Shown here piece after piece: positions 62,501 to 64,000 of a stretch of DNA of 64,000 bases. The notes under the pieces are model-generated. The model saw only the letters and a list, made by a program, of their open reading frames with translations, did not search any database and was not told the origin of the DNA. A program made the position numbers and the translations under genes. The stretch is from assembly GCA_041640295.1 (NCBI GenBank), contig JBEQAR010000004.1, positions 3,128-67,127 of the forward strand. Reading direction: 5' to 3'. Numbering within the stretch: position 1 is the stretch's first letter; the number at the start of each line of letters is the position of its first letter. Source of the DNA: a bacterium. GTDB taxonomy: Bacteria > Patescibacteriota > Minisyncoccia > UBA6257 > HR35.

Positions 62501-64000
62501 TTCCATGCTGATTTCCGCTATCTTGCTATTGGTGTATCATCTAAATTTAGAGACACAATACGATATCCATCTCATTTAGATCGTAGATATAATACTCTAG
62601 AATTCCTTTCTTCACCTACAATTCAACCAGCTAGTAAATTTTATGTATTTTATGACAATATATTAACTAATCAATTAGAAAATATTAATTTTGGGGGCTC
62701 AAGTAGATTTAAAACAGTTGATTATTTATTAACAAGGAAGTTTAATGATAATAGAAACGAAACACTACCTCCTATCTTTGATATAAGAATTACAAAAAAT
62801 TTCGGTGGTTGGATATCTGCTCTGTTTAGATTCATTAGTCCAACAAGAGTACCTTTTCCTTTTACAACGAGGATTTATTATGATTTGAATGGAAATAGCG
62901 GTGATCTGATCAGTGTATTCAACAGATCAACCCTAGCAAGAACGCCTTATAATCTTTACTTTAGTCCAGTTATTTATTTAGATACTAATAAAAGGTCAAA
63001 TTTAAGGCACGTAGCTTATTATGAGTTAGGAAGATTAATTCCTGATGAATTTAGAGTAGAAAAAGCAGAACAGAATAAAAATTATGTTAATTTAGGACCT
63101 GTTTATTTTTCTGGTAAATTATTAAATGAATTTAATAGAATAAATTTGTATCCTCGTTTATATTTTCAACAAAACCTTAATCCTGGTATTGTGAACTACC
63201 GTCCAATATACTTAACCCTCAGTAGTTTGTTGAATTCTCAAGATTTTTCAGCCGTTTCTTATCCTCCTGTACCAATCAAAATTTATATTAACAACGAATT
63301 ATATCTAACTACTCAAACCCCACCATTCGAAAGTATACACCAATTAATGTATACTGGTATTTATGAAAGAGGTGAAGGAAGGTTTGCGCCTATTGCTAAA
63401 ATCGACATTTCTGATGGATTGAGAAGAAATGATATTAAAATGGATATCGGACCATTTGAATGGAATTGGTCAGAAAATGAATTTAACCTTCGTAGTTGGG
63501 CAACATTTATTTTTAACTTGTTAAGAAATGACAGAAATCCTCCAGCTATGAAGGCGTTAAGATTATATAATAATAATCAATTTAGTGAATATTATCATCC
63601 TGATAAAGAAAATAAAATAAGAGCTATTTTCGATCCTATTGATGGTCAAATAAGCAATATTAAATTAAGTTATTTTTATGAAAATCAAAGCCCTATTGAA
63701 TTAGCTAATGTTAATAATACTGACACTATTGAGGCTATAATACCTAATAATATTAGATCCCAATTGATTACATTAATTTTTGAAGCTACTGATGATTCCA
63801 ATAATAAACTAATCAATAAAATCGAAATACCTAATATTAACAACATAGTTTCAGATAGCCAGCCTCCTACAGTAAGAATAATTTCACCAGAGGATAACCA
63901 ATCTCTTTCAGGAATCGTAAATATTACAGCAGAAGCTGAAGATAATATTGGCATTAGTAATGTAAAATTTTATATTAATCACGAACATAAACATACCAAA
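59528..64000 (+). CDS. Large secreted/anchored S8 subtilisin-like (Vpr-like) serine protease with Ig-like domains, 3'-truncated (>1490 aa)
   Basis: N-terminal TM; catalytic IIDTGVDYTHP, HGTHVAGI, AAGNSG, GTSMASPH; same frame reaches DSQPPTVRIISP..ITAEAEDNIGI..VKFY (Ig-like) at the window end. Confidence 0.93.
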   Translation, partial: MKNLKRKTSIYFLIFLFVITSSPFNFLLNKDNPNKTYAQYNNTESIIRDFIRLNNLEVIPPGQKDLLLTGFRFENVPTNSSSTIYVSLRNLGVTGDPNTTYLVDRNIIRYNLNQTVQQNDAVGIEEPPLINYEELKEFVLSNENIDKLKISEGIWNVRSEEDLENNQTGNRDINLNQNQQSLNTIIRGIRNLSKIQGEENISKIAEDLSNDGEARVIIKLNTGIQSVYPTILPAIRKTKSQLQQEFSDNKNRVSRIASEVKNIIRIGGGEVKLDERNFYLTGGLIVAEVNQNTLNNLNNSNKVEAIYHDYKVKVFLDESISQIGANLVWNQGDRESTPLRGFGKKIAIIDTGVDYTHPFLGGCFGSNCKVYGGWDFANNDGDPMDDHYHGTHVAGIAAGKDPNNVYNGVAPEAKILAVKVLNANGSGFHSNVLAGINYAVDPNRDGDFSDRVDVINLSLGADVPPDPETERVITQAVDRGVVVVAAAGNSGPLGKVGSPANSRDAIAVAASCKTIDIGNNNRCSKPIANFSSRGPIYNNGVNYFKPDVAAPGVRIMSSLPGNRIRALNGTSMASPHIAGVVAILRQAFPDLTAREIKEMVKNSSRNLDSDGRYGLTYDDQGSGEFDFRLAPVFGLGFLRFDPLPYIQIISDPTQRYTNRDFQFRIRGLNYSGLVFARASSVPGVNINFQNDRFNLNNNQTVNFDFSLRLDNDSLPLSDDKILTGIQFLDETGRIIGIIHLEINLRRQIEINPEVIDYGVSPGSLNNWASEWITLTIVNKRRDRSFTFNINPQQPSGVSLDFGLSNTSFNLPPGGSVNLNSRALTNSNAQRGELNGRLLFLSTDGRNVSIPTKLFKGYVLDITTSDQPEQSLNSLMIHTKLSNYNSLLIVRSFNPNENIRVYLPIDGHFDIILNNFKDSYYSGLALVDTENVIIPKSIYISGGNPIYSIHFNNREANRKVTYKYFNENNERILSFLHQNLIYFKTWQPENRYFHADFRYLAIGVSSKFRDTIRYPSHLDRRYNTLEFLSSPTIQPASKFYVFYDNILTNQLENINFGGSSRFKTVDYLLTRKFNDNRNETLPPIFDIRITKNFGGWISALFRFISPTRVPFPFTTRIYYDLNGNSGDLISVFNRSTLARTPYNLYFSPVIYLDTNKRSNLRHVAYYELGRLIPDEFRVEKAEQNKNYVNLGPVYFSGKLLNEFNRINLYPRLYFQQNLNPGIVNYRPIYLTLSSLLNSQDFSAVSYPPVPIKIYINNELYLTTQTPPFESIHQLMYTGIYERGEGRFAPIAKIDISDGLRRNDIKMDIGPFEWNWSENEFNLRSWATFIFNLLRNDRNPPAMKALRLYNNNQFSEYYHPDKENKIRAIFDPIDGQISNIKLSYFYENQSPIELANVNNTDTIEAIIPNNIRSQLITLIFEATDDSNNKLINKIEIPNINNIVSDSQPPTVRIISPEDNQSLSGIVNITAEAEDNIGISNVKFYINHEHKHTK

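Overview
Very AT-rich, densely packed bacterial chromosome segment whose gene content and style point to a Patescibacteria/CPR (Parcubacteria-like) genome; this assignment is inferred, not proven. It carries rpoB (5'-partial)-rpoC-tuf-rpsJ-rplC-rplD-rplW, with the S10 operon broken after rplW by three tandem secreted Cys-rich paralogs. Next come a VirD4-like ATPase and translation, replication and glycolysis genes. An accessory-looking 29-39 kb stretch around tRNA-Pro(CGG) holds DoxX/VKOR/cupredoxin genes, a DUF433-PIN toxin-antitoxin pair, a Ppx/GppA-nucleoside-deoxyribosyltransferase fusion and a Kazal protein. The rest is a type IV pilus/competence locus, secD, greA, ligA, minor pilins, holA, uvrB and a >1490-aa S8 protease running off the right edge (missed by the ORF track). 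Most notable: (1) a family of GCGAAC/GTTCGC- and ACGCGGAT/ATCAGCGT-type palindromic elements, found once intergenically (with a nested element) and as four in-frame, stop-free insertions in housekeeping genes (three in the ROK kinase, one in rsmI); (2) a recurring (G/A)GTCG motif 21-37 nt upstream of start codons in nearly G/C-free leaders that lack Shine-Dalgarno sites; (3) the Ppx-NDT fusion with a hairpin leader.
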